A stretch of 64,000 nt of DNA from Lytechinus pictus (lineage: Eukaryota): NCBI RefSeq assembly GCF_037042905.1, contig NC_087245.1, positions 19,656,001-19,720,000 on the forward strand, read 5' to 3'. The notes under the pieces were generated by a model. That model did not search any database, was not told where the DNA came from, and was given only the letters and a program-made list of their open reading frames with translations. Numbering within the stretch: position 1 is the stretch's first letter; the number at the start of each line of letters is the position of its first letter. Made by a program: the position numbers and the translations under genes. This document shows positions 28,810 through 41,660 of the stretch, in pieces.

Positions 28810-31069
28810 CAACCAAAAAATTACACGGGGGCGGTGGGCGAATTCGCCCCGGAAAGTCCAAAAAGAGCCCCGGAAAAGGGCTAAAAACATTCACACGAGG
28901 GCGACTGCAAAACTCATAATCGCCCCCGTCAACTAGGCTTGGGAGCCAGCGCCGGGTAATCGCGTCTACCCGATTCTCAATGCCAGAGTCGGGGAGTCGA
29001 CCCTGATCTCTGGAGACTCGAGTACCAAGCGGCGGCGGTTCTGAGCTGAGATAAAGGGACTCGAGTCTTTGCCATGCTCTCTCATTCATGGACGAAAATC
29101 GGCCCCAGCGCCGACTCCAAGCACTGAGATAAAATAAATGTAGAATTTGGAGCCGAGGAGTCATATACTTCGAGCAGAACGTTTCTCTGCTTGTGTGCTT
29201 TAGGCTCAGTGTGACTGGCATGTGGTATGGGGATGCATCGTGTGCATTGTGTGTAGTGTGTAGTGTGTATTTCTGTGTGTGTGACTGTAAAATGCCAGTA
29301 GAGACCACGTGCGCATGTGTTGAGCGACACTTGTGATTGTATCATGAACTGGGATTTGTGTGTGGATTGTGTGAGAAGTTTGGTGAAGGTGTAAGATTTT
29401 GGGCGACTTGATAGATGATTGCTCCCCCCCCCTCCCATTTATGTACACTCTCTAGCCCCATGTCGAGCTGCAGCCACCCATCTTGATCCTTCCCCCCAAA
29501 GCTTGTCTCTCCTCATTCCTTCTTTTCTTCCAAACTTTATTTCCCTATTATTCTTGTTAATTTCTCCTTTTAGTCAAGTGTTTATCACCTCTTGTTTGTT
29601 TTTAAATATTTTTATATCTCTGTTCAAAACAAGAGTCTCGTCTATCCCTTAAAAAAAATCACGCTTTGATTTTTTTTTCTTTCATTCCAAAATCCCATTG
29701 ATAACGTTTGCTTGCTAGTCTTAAATGGGAGTCTTGCCTTATTGGAATATTGGCAAGAAGTTAATAAAAAAATGATGTTATTGTTCTGTCAGTAATAAAA
29801 GTAGAGATTCAACTATGGATATTTTTCAGTCATATTTCATTTAATCTTCGTTATTTTAATCCAAACATTCATTTTTTTTCAATGATGTATTTCACCTTTG
29901 GCCAGTTCGCCATTTTCTTAAGTGACTGAAAACGTAGACTAGCCCCTTAATTCAGGGACATCAACCCTCGGCAATTTGTTTACATAACTTTCTTTGTCTC
30001 CGTCATGTATTGCACAATCTTGAGAAGCACAAATGTTTGGAAATCTGATATTCTTGTGGTGGTGGTGGGGGGGGGGGGGTACGAGATTGCCGCCCTTTTC
30101 ATTCTGTTTTGGTTTGGCTGCCACATGGCCTCTCTCACTGTGTGGAGAAATTAGGTCAGGTAAAATTTGCAAAGACGTGGATAAGTTCATTTCAATTAGA
30201 GGCCGTGCAAGGCTAGGCATTCATGATGGATGATGGAAATTGCCAGTTTTGGTTCTGGTAGGCCTTTTTGTCATGAATCTGTGTAACTGATACGAACGCT
30301 TAAAGGACAAGTCCACCCCAACAAAAACTTGATTTGAATAAAAAGAGAAAAATTCAACAAGCAAAACACTGAAAATTTCATCAAAATCGGATGTAAAATA
30401 AGAAAGTTATGACATTTTAAAGTTTCGCTTCATTTCACAAAACAGTTATATGCACATCTCGGTCAGTATGCAAATGAGGGAACTGATGACATCACTCACT
30501 CACTATTTCTTTTGTATTTTATTATACGAAATATGAAATATTTTGATTTTCTCATCATTGCCATGTGAAATGAAGTTTCATTCCTCCCTGAACACGTGGA
30601 ATTCCATTATTTTAACATTTTGTGCTTCAGGCAAGGAGGTCCTAATCATCAAATTCGTAAAAATTGAAATATTGTATAATTCAAACAATAAAAAACAAAA
30701 GAAATAGTGAGTGAGTGACATCATCGACTCTCTCATTTGGATGTAACTGGCTCGTTCATATAACTATTTTGTTAAAAATAAGCGAAACTTTGAAATGTCA
30801 TAACTTTCTTATTTTACATCCGATTTTGATGAAATTTTCAGCATTGTGCTTGTTGAATTTTTCTCTTTTTATTCAAATCAACATTTTTCTGAGGTGGACT
30901 TGACCTTTAACAATTCAACACACAAACGCAAAAAAGCCGCGAAATAGCTCCAGAAATTGTAGCCCTGGAAAGTGGAAAAAGAGCCCTGGAAAATGAAAAA
31001 GTAGCCCTGGAAAATTTTTAAGTTTCTCCAAAAAGAGCCCTGGAAAGAAAAAAAGTAATTTTTTGGTTG
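28810..31069. mobile_element. Non-autonomous cut-and-paste transposon with an 8-bp TSD (P- or hAT-type), 2.26 kb
   Basis: Perfect 15-bp TIR CAACCAAAAAATTAC / GTAATTTTTTGGTTG, TSD GGGTGTGT on both sides, and subterminal agccc(c/t)ggaaa repeats at both ends. Confidence 0.88.
30300..30910. mobile_element. TTAA-flanked long-TIR non-autonomous transposon (Kolobok-like), nested in the 2.26-kb element
   Basis: TTAA|AGGACAAGTCCACC...GGTGGACTTGACCT|TTAA, with inverted arms longer than 100 bp. Confidence 0.85.
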
Positions 31070-31099
31070 GGGTGTGTTAACGTAGGGGGGTGGGGGCTA

Positions 31100-31340
31100 G
31101 ATGTTATGACCGATTAGTTTTATTTCTTATTGTTTTGGTATGTTATTTTTATATTGTGTATAATTTATATTTGAGTAATTTTCTTTTATGCTATATGAGG
31201 ACCCCTCGGTAGACCAGCAGCACCATGATTGATGCTGCTGAGTAGGGCCATCCTCCCGTTTTCCAATTATCAATTCACATGTATCATTTTATATGTATTG
31301 TTATTTGTTTTTAACGGAAATAAATTCAATTCAATTCAAT
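31100..31340 (+). mobile_element. Probable 3' end of a LINE (stem-loop plus microsatellite tail)
   Basis: Hairpin cagcagcacca...tgatgctgctg, then aaataaa and a (TTCAA)3 tail. Confidence 0.5.
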
Positions 31341-31789
31341 ACCCAAGTATGTAACATTTTTTACTAACACTAATATAAAACACTACTGAGCAGACAAAAA
31401 TATTTTGGATCCCTTATAATATAATTTCCTTGTATTTTCATCAATCTATCGAGCTTGTTAAATTATACTACTTGTTTGATTTGTTTCAGGGTGTGGGGTT
31501 CAAAGAAGAGCGGGTAATCATTTCTAACAAGGATCGCACCCTTTCTTTTCTTTGCAGAAACTTCTAAATAAATAAAACCTCTAAATAAAAATTCCAACAA
31601 TTTAACTTTTAAAGGTAAAAAATATTCCCCGAAACTAGCTCTCTTTGCCTTTTAGAAAAGAAAACAACCATAGCAAACAGCATTTCTTAAAATGTGCAGC
31701 AAAGAAAAGTGCCTGTTGCTCCAAACATCTCATTTGTCACAAATGCACAATATACACCCAAAAAGGATAAGACTTAAAAAATCGCTCTC

Positions 31790-32290
31790 AATCTGCCATC
31801 ACAATCAACATCAACTACACTACTGACATCAAATGATGGCAATACTAAAAATATCCAAACCCTGCCATCAACGATGCAATCATAAACATCATCATAGTGA
31901 ACACATACGACAATGTTGCCATCAATCACATTGACAAATGGCACCATTACTGCTATTGAATTCATCAAATGCTGTTATTTTGAATGGCATCAATAATCCC
32001 ACCATCAGTATCTAAACTGAATACATCCCACTGCTGCCACCAACTACACTAACACTAACACAAACACTGATGTCACCAAAGCCATCATCAGTATCAGAAT
32101 TGAATAAATCCAAATACTGCCATCAACTACACCAACACTGACATTAACTACATTGGCAGCAATAGTGATACCATCAAAGCAATCATCAACATCACCATTG
32201 AACATATCTGTCTACTGCCATCAATCACACCAACACTGAAAATGATTAAAATCATCCACCAATAACATAAACTCATAAAATAACATCATA
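31790..32290. repeat. Degenerate CAT/CAA-rich low-complexity tandem region
   Basis: Recurrent tgccatcaa and caacactga motifs. Confidence 0.65.
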
Positions 32291-32787
32291 ATCATGCAAA
32301 GAAAATTGCAAGATGGTCATATAAGTCAAATAAAAATCAATAATTCTTGATTGGAAATCATTCAAACCCCTTCTTCATTATGAATGGTAAGATCTCCAAA
32401 CAGCATGCCATTTCAAGACAAATTCCATCTATATTGTCATATTGCATTCTTTTCAAATTTGCTGAGAAAGGTTCTCATCCAAAATGACTTCTAGGCATAT
32501 GAAAAGAAATAATGTAAATAGTGCACTGTTTGAACAATGCATACTTTTATTATTAAGACATTAGGGGGTACATTACTCCAGAAATGAGGGAAGTATGTAC
32601 TCTCATCACAGAATGACCACCAAATTATCAGAATTGCCTCCGATTTACTTCTTACTTGTCATTTTTACTTTTTTTCAAAGGGGTTAAAAGTATTCAATCC
32701 TTTCCTTTCTTCTTTTTTAATGAAAAATAATAAGTGTATAATATAGTATGGAAGTATTTCTCTCACTGACAGATTTCTGAAACTTAC

Positions 32788-32979
32788 CTCCTTTACTTTG
32801 TCCTCAAAATCCTTCATTCGCCTCAATGCCTCATCTTCTGGTCTGATGCCATAGCGATTAGGTGATGGAGGAGGCATCCTATTGAGACTTGAACGGCTTC
32901 CATTCAAGCTGCCGTGACTTCCAGTCAATCTTCCATTCATCCTACCATTGAGACTTGGTGGAGGAGCTGACATCACAGA
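32788..32979 (-). CDS. Linker/bridge exon (SVMSAPPPSLNGRMNG...EDEALRRMKDFEDKVKE), 192 nt
   Basis: Acceptor cttccag, consensus donor GAG|gtaagt, open frame, phase 0 to 0. Confidence 0.8.
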
Positions 32980-35900
32980 CTGGAAGGATTACAGAAAACA
33001 ATTATTAAAGTAAAATTATCTCTTTAAATAATAAACAGAATTCTAAATCATTAACTATATAGTTTTTTACAAGAAATAAAGTTCAAGCAACAGATCATTA
33101 TTATACCTCTATCTCATAGACTAATTGGATGGGCTCATGAAAACTAAAATATTCAACTTTCAAATTTTGGTGGCTGAATGATGCTTTGTCTAAATGATTT
33201 CTTGGATTTGATATCAGCTCATGTCTATCTTGGGAGAAAGATTGGTAAAAAGTCAGCTTATGGATACTGGAAATTGCTGAACGTCTCCCTTTTAGTGTGA
33301 AATTGTATTTGTTAATATTCTGTATTGCAGTTACAACGTTAAAATTACTCAGATATACACAAATTATAGTTAATACATAAACAAAAAAAGAGATTGCAAG
33401 ATTCCAACTATTATGACAAAGGCAGAATGTTATCACTCATCTGCCATAAAGAACCTTTAACAACCCAGTCTATTATAAATATTGGACGATGAATATTCAA
33501 AAGTCGGAAGAAAATCAAAGGAGCTGAGGTATTTCTTTCATCGTGAATGTACCATGAAACAGTAATGGAACAGTGGTAGAGTCACTACCAGGAAAGCAGT
33601 ATATGACAGATTCACACCCCTCTGGTTCTAAGATCTTCTTTTGCTTATGTTTCCAGATCAAACATAATCTAATTTACTGGATGCAAGCAACAAATTTGTT
33701 TACATCAAGAATTTATAGGAAGAAAATTAAGTCAATGCTAGACCATGACACCAACCTGTTGTTTTGTTGCTACAATGGGTACAACCTCTTCGACGGGCAC
33801 ATCCTTCTTGGCCACCACATCCCAGTCCATCTCTGGAAGCGGTTCCCCATGAACAGCACCAGGAGCCAGGGAGGAGGTGGAGGAGGTAGGGGTGAACATA
33901 GAGCCACCATCGGTGTCACCGAACAGGAGCTCCATCTCCCGTCTCTTGTTCTCCAGCTCGGCCATCTTCTGTGCCAGGTGGTCCGCAGCCGGCTGGAGCT
34001 GCTCTGGGATGACTCTCATGTTAGATCTGGAAGCCCTGTAAATAATCAATGGAAAATAGAGAATATGGGGATGAATTGTGTCATAGACACATTATTAAAG
34101 TTGCAACCAATAAATTGGTCTTCCTTTTCTTTTCAAAATTTTAAAATTGTTCCTTTCCAGAGCAAATTTCACACAAATTAAAGATATAGTATAACATCAA
34201 CATTGAATACAACCACACTTCTGGAAAGAAAAAATAAAAGTATAATGAATTAGGAAATATTTGATGCCTGAAGCATAGTCCCAACATTGCTGTGCTTATG
34301 TTGTATAAAAATAAGGAATTTAAGTCCTCTGAATCCAAATACAAGGCTAGGACAACATAATTGTGGTCCTCAAGGCCAGCCTAGAGGACCAAAAACTAGT
34401 TAGAGGTTAGATCTCATCGTTCATATGCTAAATACATATAAATGGTCCAAATTATTATTTTCATTATTCTTCTGATTACCTGTCAGGTGAAACCACTGGT
34501 AGAGCAAGCCTGTCTAGGAGAGCCTGACCCATGGCTGCAGCCTCTCTGTACTGTCGAAGTAGAGCACGTCGTCTCGGTTCATAGGAAAGTAGGTGCCTGC
34601 TTCCTACATCACCACCGTACCCTGCAACTCTTGGAGCCACCTCCTGGCACAGTTTGTCCATCTGGGATATTAGCTGGGTAATGATAAATATTCCAATTGA
34701 ACAGTTATAGACATAATCTTCACCCAAATTAGCAAGACCCTGTATACCAAATTTGATCAATACTATAAATACTATCACTGGTTATCAACCATTAACAGAC
34801 ATTTGATACAGAAGGAGATCTGATAAAGTTTATAACAAAATTGATGGTAAGTATATTCAATTAAAGAACCTTGTGAACAAATACATTATAAGGACTATAT
34901 TTTATGTAAGATTTACATTCTGATTGTAACTATATACCCTCAAATGGAAAGCAAGATGAATTTGTGATTTAGTAAATTAGTAAGTACTTCTTTGATTTTG
35001 TGTGTGATTCGGATTTACAAATATGTTTTGGAATATTCTGCTGTGTAATAAAACAAATAAGTAAATAAGACTGTACTACCTTCTCAGCATTTCTTTGGAA
35101 CATGAGAGACACTGAGAGCCTTGATGACCTCTCCCCCAAGGCCTGTGAGAACTGGTACCAGGCAGCCTCAAGACGTTGTGACTTGTCTTGACTTGGTTCA
35201 AGGTTCATATGAAGGGATCGTCTAAGCATCAGGGAAGTCCGTAAAAGGTTTAGACCGTAGTCATAAGTTTCCTGAAGGAATAGATGAAAGATGTTAATAG
35301 ATCTAGATACCGAAGCAAATAGGTAGAAATAACATTTAACAAGATCAAATTTAATTGGTGTTTTGGTTCTCCAGCATATTACAATTATTTTTGTTCCATA
35401 ACCATTTATTGAAACAATAAAGAAATAAAAATCTAATCAGCTCATTTATTTATCATATTAGACAAATCTCTGAAGTCCCAGGAAACACATCCATTACTTC
35501 TTGAGATATGCTCACAAGTTTGATGGAAAACACATGAGGAATAGACTTGCACATACAGAGGTTGTGATTTCTTTATACCTTGTGTTGCACCACTTAAAAG
35601 CATTTAAAAATGATTGTACATAAATGGAAGAACTAAACATTAGCCAAAACAGAAGACCTGGTTATGCACTGTTGACATGATAAAACATTCAACCTTTTGG
35701 AGAGTCAAGCAGGTGCTACTTTCAATTGATAGATTGGACCCCCCCCCCCCCAAGACAATGTATCCCTTCAAAATAACTGAACAATCCCTATTGTTTAATA
35801 TGAAAGTTTCCCTGTTCTCAGGTACCCATTGTCACAAAACCAAACTATTTTGTCATCAAATAAATGATCTTTAGATTTGGAATGCAAGTGTCATGATACA

Positions 35901-38900
35901 CTTGTTTAGCAAGCACAGAACAGCAACTCCATCTTGCATAAGCCAATAACATTAATCTTTCCAGAATACCCATGTCACAGAACCTGTGTCACAAATCAAA
36001 TCTATGTTTTATTCAAGCAATGGAAATTGAAAGAAGAGTACAAATGTCTATTCTTACCCTTGCGGTAGTTTCAAATTTACTGTGTTCATCCTTGAGAGAA
36101 GCAGCCTCATCTGCTGATCTTCCAACCTCAATATGCTGTAGGAGCATGTTATCTAGCAGCTCAAGAAGCCAAGCAATAGCCTGATGAAAAGGTGGGAAAG
36201 AGAAAAATAAGAGAAGAATAACAGGAGAAATTTGCATATTTCAACAATATGGCTTACCATAAACTATTACTCATTATGTTATACTTTGTGGGTAATCTTC
36301 ACTGGTGAGATGAATGTTCAGTTTATAACAAAAAAATTATAGAACATACTCAATCGCTTGGTCTTGCAACCAGTGAAGTACATAGCTCCAAAAAATAGGA
36401 GTGTATTGGCACATTTTATTCACTTCCACAAATCTAAATGGTTTATTTCAATGGATTTATTGCAAAAATAACAACTACAAAATGAAAAATACATGTACAA
36501 ACTCTCAAACTTTTAAGGGACCAATAAAAAAAACATAAGGTTTGGAACAAGTATACAACCTCAGCAGAATAAAATAATCAATCTTTATCTTGCCATAACA
36601 AAACATGTATACAAAGCATCAAGTGTGTAGATAAAATGTAATTTGTAAAGGTATATTAATGTAAAGTATTTGTAATATGTATCATCCTGAGTAAGATTCC
36701 ACCCATGGTCCAACTAAAAAGCACAAAGAGGTCATCAACGTTTTACCTGCCAGACCTTGTTTGGTGCAAGATTTTTTTTCAGAAGTGTAATTTATATCTC
36801 TAATATCTAATAATCTATGATGAAGGTTTATTTTTTAAGTCAATTCTTTCAAAGTAGGTATTCAGACTCTTTCATTCCATTCCAAAGTCATGTTTTGTAG
36901 GTAACACTGTACCTTTCAATCAGGAGTAAGCTGACAACGAACTTAACTTCTATTGAAATTCACCTTGGGTGTTTCTGGATAGACTTCCCTTCTATTCATA
37001 GCACCTTGGGAACTTCTGAATAGACTTCCTGTCTATTCATACTTTCATGCCCTTATTGTTATATTCATCACTCTTATCACGTATCAATCTTTAATTATAT
37101 GCAAAGCTGCACAAGCTATTAAAATTGAAAGGAATGAATAGAAGAACTTAATTATTTTCTCCAATAATCAGTCAAGTCATGAACATAATGTATGCTCGTA
37201 ATGAATAGTAATAATTTGTAGAAAACTAGTGTAAAATCAGGATAAAATGAATACTTCTTTTCCATACCTGTTCAGCATCTCTCTCGCAGCTCTTGAGCTG
37301 CAACAACTGCTGAAGCTTGAGCTTCCTGACCTCAGCCAGGTCACGACACCGTGCCCTTCGTCCCTCAAGCTCTGCCAAGATGCGCTCGACATGGGCGATG
37401 TGCTTCTCATAGTTTGGTGTGATGTCTTTACCAAAGGCATTCTTGATAGGTAGGCTCATCATCTCCAAAATACTCTTCCCCTCACGAATGGCTCGATCTG
37501 TGGTGTACACTGTTAAGATAATCAGAAAAGGGTGATTACATATCGAGTCTTTAAGAAGAGGTGTTATATTTAGGTTCACATTACCATTAAAATGTTATGC
37601 AATCTTTTCTTTAAAAGATGTTCATGTAAATGATAATGTTTATATAATCTTTAAATCTTATGTCACACATACTTAATGCACCAGCTGATGTGGGGGATGT
37701 GGGAGGCCTCTCAACAGAGTTCACAATTCTTTTAAGCAATTTCCATTTGTTGGCTACGGCAAAATCTCATTTTGTCCATGTTTGTGTATGTTTTCTACCT
37801 TTATATTTTTAAATAATTTTCCTGGAAATAAGGTACCTAAATATAACAAAATTTTCAACAGAGAGGGGATGCTTACTTGAGTTGTCAAAGTTGTCCAGGA
37901 GAAGTCTAAGAGCTTCCTCAGTGCTCTCTACAGAATCTACTTCAACTTCTCCTGTGCATAGTTCTAGTAGGTCTGCTAGTTTGGAAAATGCCTGTATGGA
38001 AAGAGATACAATAAATAATAGACTTGTTTATGATAAGTGAATAGGATAAAGATATATCTCAACAAAATAGTTTTCTTTACAAGAAGGGATTTGATTTTAT
38101 GCAAAAATTTATCTAAAACTTTCCACCCAATAACTGACATGTGGATAAAAAACACCACAATTCCACATTTGAAATCAGGTTACTTTGAACAATTCAATCA
38201 TAAAAAGAATATATATAAGAAGTACATTAAATAATTACATGGGGAACTAAAAATAACAAATATTAAATAAAATCAAAATAAAATCTGAATAATACTATGT
38301 TTGGAATACTTTCCCCTGAATCTTTGCCAAAGATTTGGCAACATTACATTTAATTTGTGAGAAATAGGAAAAGATATAAATATATACATCAAATTTGCAT
38401 AACGTAATATTATTAACAAAAATCGATTTTGTTGGCAAAAAATATAGTGACATGCTTTGCATGTGATCGTGTCAGTGCAAAATTTTGCATTAATCAGACC
38501 AGGGGCCCGTTTCATAAAGAACTTGCAACTGTTGTAACTTTTCCATTATGGCAACTACCAAGGTAACCTTGATTTTGATTGGCTGCTGAGCCCTGTTGCC
38601 ATGGTAGTTGCCATTGTGGCAAAGTTACAACAGTTGTTAGTCCTGTATGAAACGGGCCCCTGGAGAGATATGAAGGGGATCAAATTCACCCCTCCTTTAA
38701 AAACTAGGGTCTCATAACATGAATCATAACGATTGATCAAAGGGCTGATTTTCATGATTGATTTTTGAGAAATCAATCATACAGATTAACTGTACAATCA
38801 ATCACTAAGCAGTTTTACCGGTGCCCTGGTTTGAAAAGCCCTACTAAAATAGGATTAAAACATTTAAAAGTAACTTACTTCTTGTGATAATCGGTGGAAT

Positions 38901-41626
38901 CTGACGGAACCAATAACGAGGTTCCGCCGCCTCTCCAGACGAGAAGCAAAGCTACGGCATACTGTATCTAGGTAGTCCTTCTGAGCACCGATGTCACCCG
39001 CATGGGGATGACCACTCTTAATGATGGAGTCCGCTACATGACGAAGCTCGGCATAATTGCCATAAATATCCTGGTACATGGAATAGAGATAATATTATAA
39101 AAAAATATCTCTTCATACTGCATTCATAAGCACTTGTAATATGAAGTTAAAACCCCTAGTAGCTGGAATGAATCCATGTTCCACACATAAAGAGCACAAT
39201 ATCCACTTTCTTGTGATCATTCCAGCCAGACACTATTTTACAAATACGAGGAGCAAATTTTATTTAGTCACAAATGTGAAGTAGAGTTTTGCCAAAGGAC
39301 ATTATTGCCAAGTGATATTTGAATCCCCAACTTTTAAAATTAACAGTCAAGTAACTAAACCTCCACACCATACACCCATGGTATGTCCCCATCGATTTTT
39401 TTAAAGCAGAAGTTTTTTTTTTTCAATTACTGATAGATTCTTCCAGGCAGATCTAGGTGGCATGAGTCATCACATGATGATAATGAAGTGACATAATTGT
39501 GGGGGCATAGTGGTCTAGTGGTTATGACTCTCGTCTATCAATCTGAGGGACGTGGGTTCGATTCCAAGCCATGTCATGTTTTCCTTCAGCAATGAATTTA
39601 CCCACATTGTGCTGCACTCAACCCAAGTGAGGTGAATGGGTACCCGGTAAGAAAAATTTCATTAAAATCCCTGAAAGCCAAGGCAGTCCAGCTGAAGCCG
39701 GGGTAATAATACTAGCAGGGCCCGCTGGGAGAACAATTTACGAAACTGAAGTGGCTACCCTGGTAAATGTGCCATTTTTACGAGTAATATTACAATTTTT
39801 CTGGCTGCAACTGTGCAACTATTTGTACAATAGCTTCTTTAATAAATAATCATATTGATTGACATTCTAGTGTGTAGTCTGGAGTGATAGCATGGCATGT
39901 CAGATCAAAGAAGAAACATTTTACTTTCCATTCGAACCAGTTTCTGCTGCACAAATTTTAGGATAGGGAACTTTTAAATCACATGAAATGGAATAAAATC
40001 AATCATTCATTGAATAAAAACACATGTTCATATCTCACAATAGGTGAGGGTGTTCATTGATTTATGCTTTGAAGTATATTCACAAATCAAGGTGAAAAGT
40101 AAAAAAGATACAGGTTTTGACTGTTTGATGGAGTGACTTTTTTTAAGGGGGTGTGGTTTAATGGCTTAATACAGGGGTGGTATTCACATGAACCCACCCT
40201 ATATATTGTGTAACTGCTCTCTGAAAATAAATCACAAAACTGAACCCTAACTTACGGTGCACTTGAGTTCTAGTTTCTCATGTTCCCTCCTGAGTTTCTC
40301 AGCAGTCTTGTAGTCATTGCCAATGTCTATGTGTGACGATAAGAGCTTCTCTCCTGGTCCAACTATCCAGTCAATTACCTGAAAATTTCAACAACAACAA
40401 AACAATAAAAGTGGAGTCAAGACACCAAAAATGAAAAGAAAATAGGAGATGGAGAAGGGGAAAAAAGAAAAAGAAATTGTAGGAGGCAAATGAGATGAGG
40501 TGAAGGAGAAGAAGGGAGAAAGGGGAAAAAAATGAGGAAGACAAGGACAACGAAGATAAAGAAAAAGACAGCGAAGAAGACGACAAACAAGACAAAGTGT
40601 ATGATGAAAAATAAGAAGAATAATAAGAAAAGGAGAGACTAGACAAGGGAGCAGAAAAAATAAGGGAGGAAAGGATATGAGAACAGTTAAGAGGAGGCGA
40701 TGTAGAGTAGAAAGAATTTTTTTCTTAATTTATTTATTTATTTACCACTCATACATGTAGTACAAGTCATTTCAAATCATTTTAATTCCAAATAGGAAAC
40801 AGAACAATTGAAGACATATTTGGAAAATTTCATGAAGGAATCACTATGCAGATTATTGATTTTTGTCAATCGCAGTATATATTCTTCCTTTTTTTACCTT
40901 TTTGATACCACTCTCCATATCACCTAGCTGCATGTGGACACCTAGCTCTCGATCTCTCTCTGCTAGGTACATCCTGAGTTGATTCTGTTTTTGTTGCAGA
41001 GCATCGAGTCTTTGATCCACCTCTCGGTGCATCAGCAGTTGGTCCTCTGTAGCGAAGCCCTGGTCTCCGCCTTGCCTCTGGAAACCCGAGTCGGTCTCCA
41101 CACGTCGTGAAAGGGAATGGCCTGTGGAATAAAATTGGAAGAGTATTCTTCTCGTTATCTTGTTTAGTTCACTAGATACCAAAATGATCACTCATATATC
41201 ATACACTGACCATTGATCATAACCTATTTTACCAATGAATATCAAACTTCATCCTTGCCATACTACCTTTGGGCAACATGTCCATATTATAACCATCATC
41301 ATTGTCATTGTTGTCATTACCGCCAGCATTTTCATCATCATTCACATTAATATCATATTCATTTCTAACATCTTCCTCCTCATCATCATTGGCTCATCGC
41401 CATTATCTTTTTCATCATTTCCATCACCAACACTTACATTTAATCATCACCGTCCCAAATTATCACCACTACCACCATCATTACCATAATTCTCATCATC
41501 GTCATCACCACCACCACCACCACCACAATCACCACCACCATCATCATCATCATCATCTTCTTCTTCATCATCATTATCATCATCATCATCATCATCATCA
41601 CCACCACCACCACCACCACCACCACC

Positions 41627-41660
<34 letters not shown>

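Noticed and set aside
28778..29448. Overlapping minus-strand ORFs (176, 118 and 80 aa) as a possible transposase
   Set aside because: Low-complexity His/Thr content from TG-rich sequence, no DDE, THAP or BED motif recognised, and the longest ORF crosses the element boundary.
33573..34181. 202-aa plus-strand ORF
   Set aside because: Antisense shadow of exon 33756-34035, with no recognisable domain.
39501..39572. tRNA-like sequence
   Set aside because: The acceptor stem is imperfect and it continues into a core shared with other dispersed copies, so it is a SINE head and not a tRNA gene.
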